Positions 24,953 through 37,957 of a DNA stretch of 64,000 nt are shown here, piece by piece. The notes beneath the pieces are model-generated. The model worked only from the letters and a program-made list of their open reading frames with translations, made no database searches and was not told where the DNA came from. Positions within the stretch are counted from its first letter, which is position 1; each line of letters starts with the position of its first letter. Made by a program: the position numbers and the translations under genes. Source of the stretch: Yuukianura sp. NJ FZ-2021 (taxonomy: Eukaryota); the NCBI GenBank assembly GCA_046563655.1, contig CM102289.1, positions 6,882,001 through 6,946,000 on the forward strand, in the 5' to 3' direction.

Positions 24953-27057
24953 TTACAATGGAAGTGGTTTTCTCTCCTTAACAAACACTGAATATGGAAG
25001 TGGCAATTGTGTGTTTGTATTTGGTCTGGAGATGACCTGTGTTGGAGTTTGACCTGGAATGGCGCTCAATTCAAAGTATCGCAGAATGGAGGTGAAGTAC
25101 ATGAAAAATGCATTTCGCGCTAAAGACTCTCCAGGGCAAATCCGTTTTCCTGGAAGCGAATATCAGAAGAGGGTATTCGTTATGTTAAAATTGGAAATTC
25201 TAAAAAATTAAATTTTAGAAATAGTCTTAAACTTAATTTTCTTTACCAAATCCAAACAGTGGAACTCTGTCGTCGTTGACAATAGTTAGACTTGGAGTGA
25301 GGAAGCGGTCCGGTCTAAATACTTCTGGATCTTTCCAGAACTCTGGGTCCATTTGAGCAGAATGTAAGTTATATGATACCATGGTTCCCTATAAGAACGT
25401 TAGAGGTCAAAGGTCAAACACAATTTATGAGTGTAAAAATTACGGAAATCTATTTGTTTTTGTACTTTTGAAATATGGTAACCATTGATTTCAAAATCTG
25501 CGGTTGCTTCTCTTCCAAATGCAATAGGGATGATCAGGGCCATTCGAAATATTTCCAGAATTGTTGCTTGGGTATATGGCATTCTAAATTGAATGATTAA
25601 TTTGAAAATAACTAATTAATTTTACATAATTAAAGTTGGAAACTAACCTTTTAATGTCATCTAAAGACAAAGTCGCTTGACCAATCATTTCATCTATTTC
25701 GTCTTGGACTCGTTTTTGAACTTCTGGATTCAGCGTCATGTACAACATTGCGTAAGAGAGCATGTTGGATGTCGTTTCAGAACCACCCAGAAACAAATCC
25801 ATCAAAATCACCATTAGTTCGTCTTCTAAAAACACAATTACAAAATGTTTTAGAAAATTATAGAAAGTAGGATTCTAGAGTTTTGACATTTCCCAAACTT
25901 ATGCTGCACGGCTGCACCGTTAAATGCTGGATGCTCCTTCTTTTCAATTTGATGCAAAAATGAATCGATGAAATTTTTCGGTTTTTCGTCTGGTGAAAAT
26001 GTCGACTTCGCTTCAGCTATCATTTCCTACAAAAATCCATAGAGCTAATTTTTTTAAATGAGTTTGAAAATATTTTTAGTTTTTACCTTTGTAAAATCTT
26101 GAAGCCCTTTGATCACTTCTCTATGGCGCTTGACTCCAGTCATTCCAGGAAAAATCTTTCCAAGAAATGGCAATAAAATGGAAACTCGATCAATGGAATT
26201 GTCAAGTGAATGCTGTGCATTCAACTCGAGCATGCGCCGTGCCCTCTTGTCAGTTGACGAAAAACGTTGACCCGTGACAGAAACCCAAAGCAAGTTAATT
26301 ACGCTAATCCCAAAGTAATCACGGAAGGTCAAAATTCCATTGTTTTCTTCTATTTCTTGCTTCATTGTTTTCAAAAGGTCGCCTACTTCTAGAATCATCG
26401 AAGTTTCCATTGCTGATTTTTTGGCAAATCCGAACTCCCTAAGCGAAGCTACGGTGAAACGTCTTAAAACACTCCAATTCTCACCAGATCCAAATATTAT
26501 TCCTGCATTTCAAAATTTCATTTTAAACATTGAAAGATTCGTAAGGTTAAAATTTTGAAATTTTACCTAGGGCATTTCCGTGACCGCGATCAAATGCAAT
26601 CGGGAGTCCATACCTCGCTGCCATTTCGGGTAATTTCATAACTCTCCGCATCAGGTCGAATGATGAAATCATAACTGCATCAATTAGTGTCTGATTAGTG
26701 TAAAATTTACTAAAAAGTATTTTCTAAAAAGTGTTTTTTTAATACCCATTTTGTGAATTCCAAGGTTTATGCTCATCACCTCGCCATATTTGTCTGCCAA
26801 TTTTTGAAATGCCAAGTGGGGATAACTGGAATCGGCGAAATAAATTTCGAAAATGTTGCCAATTAGAGGCCATTTTGTGGGGCCTTCGTCCAAAAACGAA
26901 AAGAAAACATTAATTTTCTGCTTGAAACTTTTGATTTTTGATTTTTTTTTTGAAAATCTTTTTAAAAAAACTTACCGGGTGGAGCCTTACTTGCTTTAGT
27001 GAAACACAAATAATACAAAATTGTTACCCCTAAAACTGCTGCTAGTAGCCAAATCAT
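24953..27057 (-). CDS. Cytochrome P450, CYP2 clan (CYP15/303/305-like group)
   Basis: N-terminal anchor MIWLLAAVLGV, PPGPTKWPLIGN, I-helix DLFLGGSETTS, K-helix EIFR, RPDRF, and heme motif FGFG/KRICPGE split by an intron. TAA at 24953-24955. Confidence 0.93.
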
Positions 27058-27744
27058 GATGACTGTGTTGCTGTTTGCTCGATTTTTGTTTCAAAAAAAA
27101 ATGTTGTAAAGTTTTGTATGCGTTGCAACTAAAAATGTTGGATGCTGTTGTGGTGGGTAGTCGATATAGTTTATATCATGTTAATTGCAGAACTACTTGA
27201 GAACTCCCGGAATTAGTTAAGATTAAGTTAAAAGTAATCATATAGCTAACTACTAACTACATAATAAGTACGTAATATTTAGAAGATCCACCTCAGTGGT
27301 TTAACCACTCCCTTTGCTAAAAGAACTAATTTTTTATGCAGTGTTGACCAAAATCTAAGTACTTGAAAGGCAAAGGTTATCTGAAATTGAAATTTGTTTA
27401 GGCTAGGTTAAAATTATAACATGATTGCAAAATAGAAAATAGACAGCAGATTTCCACACCAGTAGACAGTGCAAGGTCAACATATATTTCTAATTTTTTA
27501 AAATTTTGTAAAATTCTGAACAACTATACGCAGAAAAGTCAGTACTTTTCAGCCTTCATTCAAATCCGACATTATTAATTTTCTTGATTAAACTAAAGAG
27601 ATTATGAGATTTATGTCTTAAGAGATTATGTTTTCTGGGTTATTTCAAAAATCAGAGTTTTTTTTAATCTGAAGGTCATTCCAACTTTCATTTGGAGTGT
27701 TTGAGAATTGGAGGTGTAACTTTTTTGGAAACATGAAAGCTGCT

Positions 27745-30700
27745 TCAGTTAGAAGTTTTTGGGAGTCCTCTTGCTTTGCCATCGTAGTCGATGTAGCTGA
27801 ATGGTGAATCCATTTTCTAAGAAAACCAAAATTTTCAAATTACGAAACTTTTTTAAATCTTGGAGGTGACTCACCATGCCTCGCGGGGGTGGAGGTGGTG
27901 CTAATGTGGCTGAAGGGAACGGTTTTCCTGTTTCCGATGGATTTGGATCTACATTTACTGCTTGACATTCCAATTCAACCGCCGGAACCGGAACTGAAGG
28001 TTTCTTGATTGACAAAATTGGTGGACGGTCATGGAATGCCGGCGGCGCATGTTCGGCAGTTACTGATGGTTTTTTTGGAGGACGCAGCGGCGGTACAGTT
28101 GGAACTTCTTCACTGGTGGAAACCGATTCCGGTACGGGCATGTTGGATGGTGGAACGTACGAACCAGTATCGATTCTACCTTTGTCCGAATCCGGATCCG
28201 AAACTCCACTGTCCGGTACTGACAGTTCACTCACTGTGCTTCTATCGGAGGTAGAAGTTTCGGAAACTGAAAAAACAATATAAAAAAATGAATTTCAAAA
28301 AAAAAATGCAATGTAAAAGTGTATTAGAATTTCACCCTTTCTTTCCAGATCCTCCGCTATAGGTGGCGTTGATGGCCCTGCAGCCACACTGTCGTCTCTT
28401 GTACCCTGATCGAGTCCACCCAGCGACAACTTTTTCTTTCCTAAAAATGTACCTTCAAGCATCAAATACCCATGAAAAATACCACGCACTATGCAGAATA
28501 TGAGTTTAAAAAATTCGATCATTTACCTCCTGGAATCAGTTTAAGAATTTTCGAAATTGGTCCAGGTTTCTTCGTCTCCCTACGAATTCTGTCCTGGATT
28601 TTCTGATATTCCTTTTGAATTTCTTTCAATTCCTTTTGTCTTGCTTTAAAATCTCTCTGAACATCATTTCGTTGTTTCCAATTTTCATAAAGCAGTTCCA
28701 GTTCTCTGAGATTGTACACATTATTTTTAAAGTCGTTCATCAGTTCCAGTAACTCTTCTTGTGTCGAATCCAGTGAAAACTGTTTCGTAAGTGGATTTGC
28801 ACCGGTTTTTTCAGTGTTCAGAAACCCATCTTTTGAGAAGCCACCAAGTTTACCAATGGGAGGAGGCTGGACGACGGGATAGATCAACTTGGAATTGATT
28901 TCCTGTAATGTTATTTTTCTAATCCGTTTTGGCTTGTCTGGTGACTTGTCATTGGTTCCTGTACCTTCGACTGTAGGAGTAAGCGGTGGTCCCATATGTA
29001 GGTAACCGTCTACTGTTTGAAAAGGCGCCACATCCGACTTAACCGTAAAAACAGGCTTCGTAGGTTGTAGAGCTTTTGAAACATTGGCAGGCTTGGCCGG
29101 CAACACGGGCCCATTATGAGGAATGACGCAGTAGTGACTTTGACGCGGAACGTCGTATGCGTTGTTCTGAACTGTTCCGGGTTTTCTTGGCGGTTTTTGA
29201 ATTGCAATTGGTGGGGGTGGAACGTCGTAACTTGGAAGAATTTGAGCCTTGGCGCCGTTGTTTTCTGCTTGATCTTCCTGTGGATTAACTAATACTGACC
29301 GCGGAACTTGCAAATTTTCAGTTTCTGACGTTCTAATATCCGAAGAAGTTTCGGGGTCGTTGAACTCTATCGGATGTTCATCGTCGTCTACCGGAGTTTG
29401 AACTAGAATTGTTACAACTCCGTCGGGAACGACTGTTGATCTATCGTCACCCATACCCATGTACTCTAAATTTTCTGTTTCGGTGGGATTTGGTCCTTTA
29501 AAATTTTCGTACACTGGTGGAAAAACTTTGCGAACTGCTATAACTTCCCTATTGGATGAACCTGCTCCGGCGAAAAGTTCAAGTTCTGTACTATGTCGGT
29601 CACACAAGTCTTTGATGTACTGAAGAGCTCCAAATGTATTGGTCATTTCGTAGAACTCTCTTATGGTTTGACCGACACTGGCAAACCCTCTTTCCATTGC
29701 AATGTCGACTGCAGTTTCGCCGACATCATTTTTAATCATGGCTAATTTGACTCCATCGAATTCATACAAAAGAATGCAAACTGTTTGCTCCAGGCCATAA
29801 TTTGCGGCAAAGTGCATCACCGTAGGAAAATCATCACCTAAGTTTTTCCAAACATAAAAAAATAGTTGTTAAAATCTTTTAACTTAGAAAGTTTTGATTT
29901 TGAAAATTTTTAACGCAAAATTACTTCTTTGGGATAAAGCTTCATTCATAATTTCCAGACTGGAATCTTGACTGAAGTCTTCGCACGATCTGAAATTTTT
30001 GGAAAGTTGTTGCGATACATGATCGTCCAAGGCTTTTCTGAATCCTGGAACTAGCTGTAACAAAAAAGAAAATCAAATTTGCATAACTTTTCAAAATTTT
30101 TAAAGAAACAAGTCTGATTTTGAAAATTCTAAATTTTACCGAACTCATCCTGTCAATCACATCTTCGTCAGCTACTTTCAAATTGTGCTCGTATTTGACT
30201 TGTTTTGTTCCTAAAGTTTTACCTTGGACGTAAACTGTGATTTCAATCAAAGAAGTTCCGTCTTCAAGCAAGGAGGCTTTACGAAAGAAACATTACAAAA
30301 TTTAAAGATTTCGAAATTTATAAAATTTCAAACATATTTTCTAAAAATTGTTGGAATTTGAATCGTTTTGTGGATTACATGGAATTCGAAAAAGTCCTGC
30401 TTGTGAATTGGTCATCATGACCTCGTTGATTCTCTCTCGTTGTCTTCCTCGTGCGAGGTCAAGTTGAACTTTGTCTTTGACTTCAAGTGGGGCTTTGAAA
30501 AGAATTGCAACTTTGGACTGGTCTTTTGTAATTTTTTTCGGGAACAATGAAAAGCTAATGGTACTGCTCAGCTCGAAATTGTAAATTTTCAGAACTTGTT
30601 CTGAAAACTTTTTGTAAAATTCTGGATCCAGTTTGTTTGAAGATTTGAGTTCGATTGAATGCCATTCAGGAAACTGGTCAATATCTTCAAATTCAGGATA

Positions 30701-31192
30701 ATTACAATTAAATATAAAAATCAAAGTAATTACAAATTGCAATTTCCATTCTTACATTCCTGAAATCCCTCCAATATTTCATCCGCCGTAACACTCAGCA
30801 ATATTGCAATTACACGCTTTGGTCTCAAAATTCTGTTAATTGGAGACTGTTTTTTCTTAGTATTAGTGTCATGTTTGAGGCGTTCCAGGAAGTGGTGTGA
30901 CACAATCAAAATTTGTGTTTTGGCTCGATGCAACTGTGTTGCCTTTGAATGACTTTCAATTTCTTTGATGTCGAATGTGTGTAAACTTAAAATTTTGATC
31001 AAAATCATACTTTACTTAGATGAAAACGTCGAAATTTTGATTTCAATTTGGTTTGGCTCATTCAATTTTTGCTTACCTTAAATTCAATTTTTGACGATCA
31101 ACTCCAAGCATCGTATCCAGAGCTTTGCTCAACTGAGCATGAGCTCTCTGTGAAAAGAAGCAATCATGGCAGTACAAAATTGCTACCTCCAT
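27745..31192 (-). CDS. Dof/stumps-BCAP-BANK family signalling adaptor (TIR-like N-terminus, DBB, ankyrin, coiled coil)
   Basis: MEVAILYCH start, ILIVSHHFLERL..RVIAILLSV (TIR-like), DBB-like exons, ankyrin PTVMHFAANYGLEQ..KNDVGETAVDIA, YxxM motifs (YMGM, YLHM), YDVP motifs, coiled coil QEELLELMNDFKNNVYNLRELELLYENWK, Pro-rich tail. Confidence 0.82.
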
Positions 31193-32697
31193 TTTCCAAA
31201 AAAGAGAAAAGTTGAACACGATTTTCCAAATTTTCGCTTTAAGTTTTCCAAATTGTCATTTTTGCGGAGTCAACTAAAACCGAAAAGTGCAAAATCCAGA
31301 CTACGGAAAAAAAGCAAAATCGCAGAAAAATAAAGGCCTGTCTGAAATGTTCCAAGAAGGAAAACCGCAGAAATATGAACCATAAATTCCAAAATATTAA
31401 AATTCTACAAGTTGCTGATGCGGGTTGGATGACACACATGTGAATGGACGGTTTAAGTGACGCCTTAAATCGGACTTTGTATTTTTTTGACGTTGTTTGT
31501 ATTTTTGCATGTGAAGTTGAAACGAATTGTAAAAAGTAATGAATCATCAAGTGCAGAAAAAAACTACTTTTCGGTGGAGCTTCTCCTTGACGTGTAACAT
31601 TAGTTGAGTAGAAACTGAAACAAAATCGTAAATTTTCCCACGGTTCTTCATCAACAGAATTCATTGTCCTCCGTAACACTTAATTTCAAAATGAATAAAA
31701 ATTTGATTTTTTTTAGAAAATGAAAGCATGTATTCAAAAAATTTGAGGTCAAACGATGTTTGAGTTTCTTTGATTCAAAACCCAAACATTTGAAAAGCTT
31801 TATTAGAAAATATCTGTGACTGCACAAACATCACGTATGATTGCTGATCACAACTTCTGTCGCAGTTAGCAAATTTTCAGCGCAGTTTCCGCTTATCGTT
31901 GGTCAAAACAAGTTGTTTGTATCGGACATGCGATACTTGCTTTCTTACGTCATACTGCCACACGAGTTACTGCAAAATCGTTACTAAAGTCTTAACTCGA
32001 CTGGATTAAACTAGGCTTCCATTGACCTAAGAGGTTAAACAAACAAGAATTACGTCATGTTCAAACACAAAAATTGGTTGAAGATGGAATCGAAGAAAAT
32101 CACACAAGACCTCAAAGTTCGAAAGCTCTCAAGATATTGCTTTGTAATCACCTTTTTTATCACTTTAATGGATTTGTTTATAGACGTTTATAGGTTCTGT
32201 TTAACATTGAGTTCAAGTTCCATTTCGAACTGGAACGTGTCTTGTTCCCAACATTTAGTCCTTGGATGCAAGTATCCTTGAAGCGACTTGGCAATTCACC
32301 AACATTTTTGAAGCGCGTGCAACATTTCAGCGATTCTTTCATCACGTCTCACTTTTAACTTGTCCCTCATACTGTACATTTCTAATTGAAAATACGCTAG
32401 CGTTGTTGTTTTAAATGCGTCCTATTTAGATCAAAAGTTTAGACATCGCAGAATGAAAAGTTGAAATCATAGCAATTGAAATCAAGTGCCAAGCATTTGT
32501 AAAAAGAGACTCTTAAAAGAGAGACTTTGGACAACAATTTTTAAGTGGACGTTGGATTTTAATGCACTTGACAACTTGAGATTCAAAGTGACCCCAGAAA
32601 GAAATAATTTGAGCTTAAACTAAAGGAAGCACGAGGAAATCGCTCAATTGATTCAACTGCGACACAAGTACTATAAAAACTAAAGCTGGTCAACATC

Positions 32698-34715
32698 ATG
32701 CTAAATCAGAGTTCCAAGGACAACGTTTCAGAAGAAACGATAAACATGAACGGAATAGTGCGACGGAGATCGTCAGCAGGCGTACTACCACCGTTTGGCA
32801 GAAAATCGTCTACTGGTGCGTCCTTTTCTGACATAATGGATCACCTCGCTAGTAGTGAGTACGTTAAAGCCGAATTTACAGTTGACGAGCCACCGACTAT
32901 TGAAAAATGGAAACTATGGCCGCAAGTAAATTTTTTCAAAATTTTGAACTTCAAAATTTTGAAATACTTAGCACATCAGTTTTCATAATTTTGTGTTAGG
33001 TGTTAGTTGCCTTCTCCATATCGTTTGGAAACATGATTATCGGACTAGTGTCAGCGTATTCAGCAACTGCACTTGCGTCTTTGAATCATCCCAATTCCAC
33101 AGTTCTCATTGACATTGATGGGCCAGAGGTGAAATTTTATTTTATATTTTATTTATATTATATTATATATTTTAAAATTATGCCATTAGGCAACATGGAT
33201 CGGAAGTTTGATGCCACTGGCGGCATTGCTTGGAGGAATCCTTGGTGGCTCAATGACAGAGTTCATGGGGAGGAAAGGCGTGTCACTGCTAATGGCCCTG
33301 CCAATGTTTCTCTGTATGCAAATTATTTTTATTCATTTTAATAAAATATACAAATAGATTAATATATTTTATTATCTGAATAGCATGGATCATGATAGCC
33401 CTTGCTCCAAACGTTCTTATCATTTGCATAGGAAGAACAATTGGAGGATTTTGTGTTGGAGTGGCGTCGTTGTCGCTGCCTTTGCTTATGGCTGAAAATG
33501 TTCGACCAGAAGTTCGTGGAAGTAAGTGAATTTTTTAAAAAGCTGACAAATTTTGAAAAAAAAAATTAACAATTTTTTTCAGTGTTGGGACTTTTGCCCA
33601 CTACAATCGGAAATGGCGGAATTCTAGTTTGTTACGTAGCAGGAATGTACATGGACTGGTCTCAATTGGCTTATTTTTGTGGCATTCTTTCGCTTCCATA
33701 TTTACTTACAATTGTTTTTGTTCCTGAATCGCCACGATGGCTGCTAGCTAAAGGTATAGCATTTTATAATTTAAGAAGATAATGTATAAATTTAAACATA
33801 AATATTATTTAATGTTCCCTGTTTGTTTTATACAGGACGAGATGAAGATGCAAAATGCTCTTTATATCGCCTCCGCCTGTGCAAATCTACTGTGGACAAA
33901 GAATTTTCGGAGATCAAACAAATCTGTTTGAACATCCAAACCCAGAAGGAAGTGGATATCAAAATTTCAGATTTCGGATTTTCCGGGCTTTACTACAAAC
34001 CGATGATGGTTGCACTTGGACTTATGGCACTCCAACAACTTTGTGGAATCAATCCAGTAAAAAATTAATACAAAATTATATAATTTTTACCTAAAATAAC
34101 TTTTTGTTTTCACTTTAGGTAATCTTTTACACCGTCTACATCTTTCAAGTCTCCGGATCCAACCTCAACCCACATCTCTGCACAATCATCATCGGAATTG
34201 CCAATTTTATTGCCACGCTCGTCGCCAATATCTTCGTGGACAAAGTAGGACGAAAGGTGCTTCTCATCATTTCAGACATCGTGATGCTCCTAAGCTTACT
34301 GACCTTAGGAACCTACTTTTTCTTGCGTGACCTTGACCCGACCTTGGTAGAGCCCTTCAAATGGGTCCCCCTGGGCAGCTTTACAATCTTTGTGGTAGCA
34401 TTTTCACTAGGTCTTGGACCAATTCCATGGATTGTGCTTGCTGAAATATTTCCACTGAGGATACGAGCAATGGCAGGGTCAGTAGTGACAGCTTTTCACT
34501 GGATCTTGACATTTGGAATAGTTAAGGCCTTCCCATACCTCGTGACAAAGTTTGGTCCACAGACAGCATTTTACCTGTTTGCAGTGATTTGTCTCCTTGG
34601 AGTATACTTTATCATTAGGAAAGTACCGGAAACGAGAGGGCGCAGCTTGGAACAAATCGAACGGAAACTAATTAAGTCCAAAAGTCAAGGGACCTTGGGT
34701 GTGAGCAGTGCTTAA
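32698..34715 (+). CDS. Tret1: Facilitated trehalose transporter Tret1-like (sugar porter, MFS)
   Basis: WIGSLMPLAALLGG, GRK, PEVRG.LGLLPT.IGNGGILVCYVAG.YMDW..LA, PESPRWL, QQLCGIN, DKVGRK, GLGPIPW...EIFP, PETRG. Confidence 0.9.
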
Positions 34716-35685
34716 GCATTTACCAGGGAAAAACTAGTACGTACTGCTTAAATGCTTGAAATGGTGTCTTTCTATTACTGGGAAAAATATTTTATATTAG
34801 TACATGATTAATTAATTAATGATATTAAACCACTAATGACAAAGCGTGTTCAAACGTTGGAAGTATTTAGGATAAATTAAGTTGTCATTTTCTGCTGGGT
34901 TTCCATTTGTTCAATGTTTAACCTTTGAGAAAAGAAGCTTTTATATTTAAGTTACTTGTAAGTAAGTAAGCTTGTTAAGTTTTTACTTACTTTAAAATTA
35001 AATTAAAATTCATTGTTGCACCGAATTTTGACGTAACACGGAAGTTTTTTGTAAATAGAAGTAAAATAAATTTTTGTGGCCATCTATTGCCTGGAATGAA
35101 ATTTAGGAATATCCAAACTCCGGAGAGCGCCAAATCAAATTCTTATCTTCTTTATCCTGTTGTTTTTCCTTTTTTTTCTTTTTTTACACTCTTATTCTTC
35201 TTTATCCCACCACTCTGTAAGTATCATTTTGTCGTAAATAACGTTTGACTTGATCTGTAAATTCATAAACACTTATTACTTTTTGGTTACCGTTTCACCA
35301 ATTTGCCAACGATTTCGTATTCTTACTAGTGATCAGCCAGTAGACGTCCTTTTCATCGTCAACGAAGTTTTAATTAACGCCTTGATCTTCAAAAACCCGA
35401 GTAAATTCGAATTCGAAGAGAACCAACGAATCAAGTACATATGATACAACTTATTCAGTTAGTAATACATTACAGGGACAACAATGACTCTGCCCGTATA
35501 TCCCGACGAACTTATACCTGAACTTGTGTAATGACTTTCTAACATTGAATTCTGATTTACTAGGGTGTGAGGTGTGACGTTAGTAGGACCGAGCGAACTG
35601 AGGACTACGTAACTGAAAGAAGATTTGACCGGCGAAGCGGATTCGGTCACAAAAGTGTTTGATTTGAAGCGAATCATCTAGTACC

Positions 35686-36354
35686 ATGACGTCTTCTAGA
35701 ACCTTTAATGAAGCAGCGACAATCGTTTTTAGTGAGTCCGACTCGGAAGATGAAACAGAGGTAAGGTTGGGGATATAAACATGTAAACAACGGCATATCT
35801 TGTACGTACAAGAGCTTATTCTAACTTCCTTTGAATTTATCTTCTAGAGTGGATCCCTTTCTTACACTACAACGCCTCTTTTGGTCAGTTCGGGATCCGG
35901 AGACGGCGACGGTGGCCTGGAAGCAGAAGACGAGTTTGTCACTCCATCTTCTTCGGTTGAATCTTCATCTCATTCTGCTAGTGGAGCAGGAGATATTGCC
36001 GCTGTTTCTTCAACGTTCGACCAGCTGGATGCAGAAGTTGAAGATCTGCAAAAATTCGCGAAGGCACTCGAAGAAAAATCTTTGGAGCTAGATAAGGGAC
36101 GTGCTCTTCTGGCCAAGATGGAACAGCAACAAGCAGATGCCTTACAGCGTATTAACGACAAGATTGCTTCACTTCAATCAGCGCTTACTCGTTTTCGTAT
36201 TGCTGGGAGCGATTTTTTCTCGGATGTAGCGATTCCTAGCCCGCTTCGGGACAGTGGTGGTAATAGCGGTAAGCTTCTGTATTTTTCATGGGTTTCTAAA
36301 GTATTTATACTTTTGTTTTATGTATTCGCAGATTCGGAGAACATTGAGCCTTGA
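35686..36354 (+). CDS. Uncharacterised acidic/Ser-rich coiled-coil protein (3 exons)
   Basis: ATG at 35686 and in-frame GT-AG introns (35761-~35848 and ~36269-36331). Heptads FDQLDAEVEDLQKFAKALEEKSLELDKGRALLAKMEQQQADALQRINDKIASLQSAL. No recognisable domain. Confidence 0.55.
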
Positions 36355-37957
36355 TCAAAATTCAAAATTATGAAAGAGTTACCAGTAACAATGCGAATTA
36401 CCTAGCCCAAATGCATTGGGTATAATAATGAACTGTATTTAATTTCAAACGTAAGTTGAGAAATTTCCTTTCTTTCAACATCATTTTTGAATTTTATAAC
36501 AAGCCTAACCTTCTAAAATCTTGCCAAATTTTTCAAATGACAATACCTTAATAAATTCATATTCAATTGATACACAAAAAATTCCTAATTTCAGCCTCAA
36601 AACTCATTACTTATGGGACGGTAATATTAGGAAACTGTCATCCCATTGCGTAATCTAATGTTGGGGTCATAGACGACATACTTATAGTGTAGTTAAATTT
36701 AATACATACTGGAAATTAGTACGTCGTAACTACGGAATTTAATAAGTTTACGTTTAAATGCTAAAGTGTAAATGTTAATTGTTATCTTATTATTTCCAGA
36801 TGAACCTCTTCACTACGTGTTTCAGGAAAGCCAAAGGTCACCAACCCCATTGAAGTGTATCACGTTGATCTCTTAGGAATTTTGCCAATTTGAGTAGATT
36901 TGGCTAAGTGCACGGATGGGCTTGATGTACTACCTCATTTCGGTTCTTTTGATCAACAAACAGCTTATGAGACCGGGCGTTTCGCCTGACAAAAACAACT
37001 TCCAAAAGTTTATTCGCATTGACTTTGGAAAACATTTTACCACTAATTGACTATTTACTATTAAGTATTCACCTCCAGCATCAACATCCCAAGAGTTCAA
37101 TTTTTTGAAAGGAAAGATGCGTTGCATTTTTTTTAAAGAAGAATTGTTATGTCTGAACGGAATCTTTTTTGTATTAAGTGTAATCTGAAGATACCGGTTT
37201 AGCTACAAAGTTTAGTACAAAAAGTGGTAGAATCACGCCTTCACAGCACCATCGTGTCAGATTTCGCATTTTGGTTCTTTCATCTTGACTTGACTGTTTT
37301 GTTTTTTGTTTTCAGAGTGACTTTTGGTGATGAGGAGGGAAAATGATGCCGGCCGGCATATTTGCCATTGTAAAACCTTAAATCTTTCCGGAGAATGCAA
37401 TTGACAAGTGAAGTTGAACAAGAGAAAGGTATTAAATTGCCTAAAATTTTAATTATCTTGTACTTTTTTTTGAAATCCTGAATTTCTTCTTTGGACATGG
37501 TTATAGGACTGGTTTTTTGTTTCGGATTTCAACGAAACAAGCTGGATGGTTGGACGAACCGGCGGGAGACGCTGATAACTTGGACTTACCTTGAACCTTG
37601 ATGCGGTCAAAAAGATGAGGTCGTTCTGGTTCTGGTTTCAACTTTTTTTGACTTTTGCATCTTCAAGATTTTGACTTCAGTGTGGAAAGAAAATGGTGCT
37701 CAAGACATGCAATTTGGCAAGAAAACTGTGGAAGGAAGGAGATGTGTATAGTAGCGTGACGTGGCAAGACATGACTCTCTGCATTATGTTTCACTGACTA
37801 TTATGGTCATTGGATTTTTGGCACAAGTGAGTTAACGTCAAAGTTTCCGTTTAATTCAATGCAAATATATAATGTGTGTAGGATAGGTTCAGCTTTTTTA
37901 GTTAACAATTATTTTTAGGTTTTCCCTCTTATGGCACCCCGACGCTCCCTGGGCTGA

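Noticed and set aside
31239..32281. ORFs 31239-31679 (-) and 32057-32281 (+)
   Set aside because: AT-rich, compositionally non-coding-like ORFs in the divergent Dof/Tret1 promoter and UTR region.
37230..37700. tarsal-less/pri-type polycistronic smORF gene
   Set aside because: No LDPTGxY motif occurs and the short ORFs do not resemble each other.
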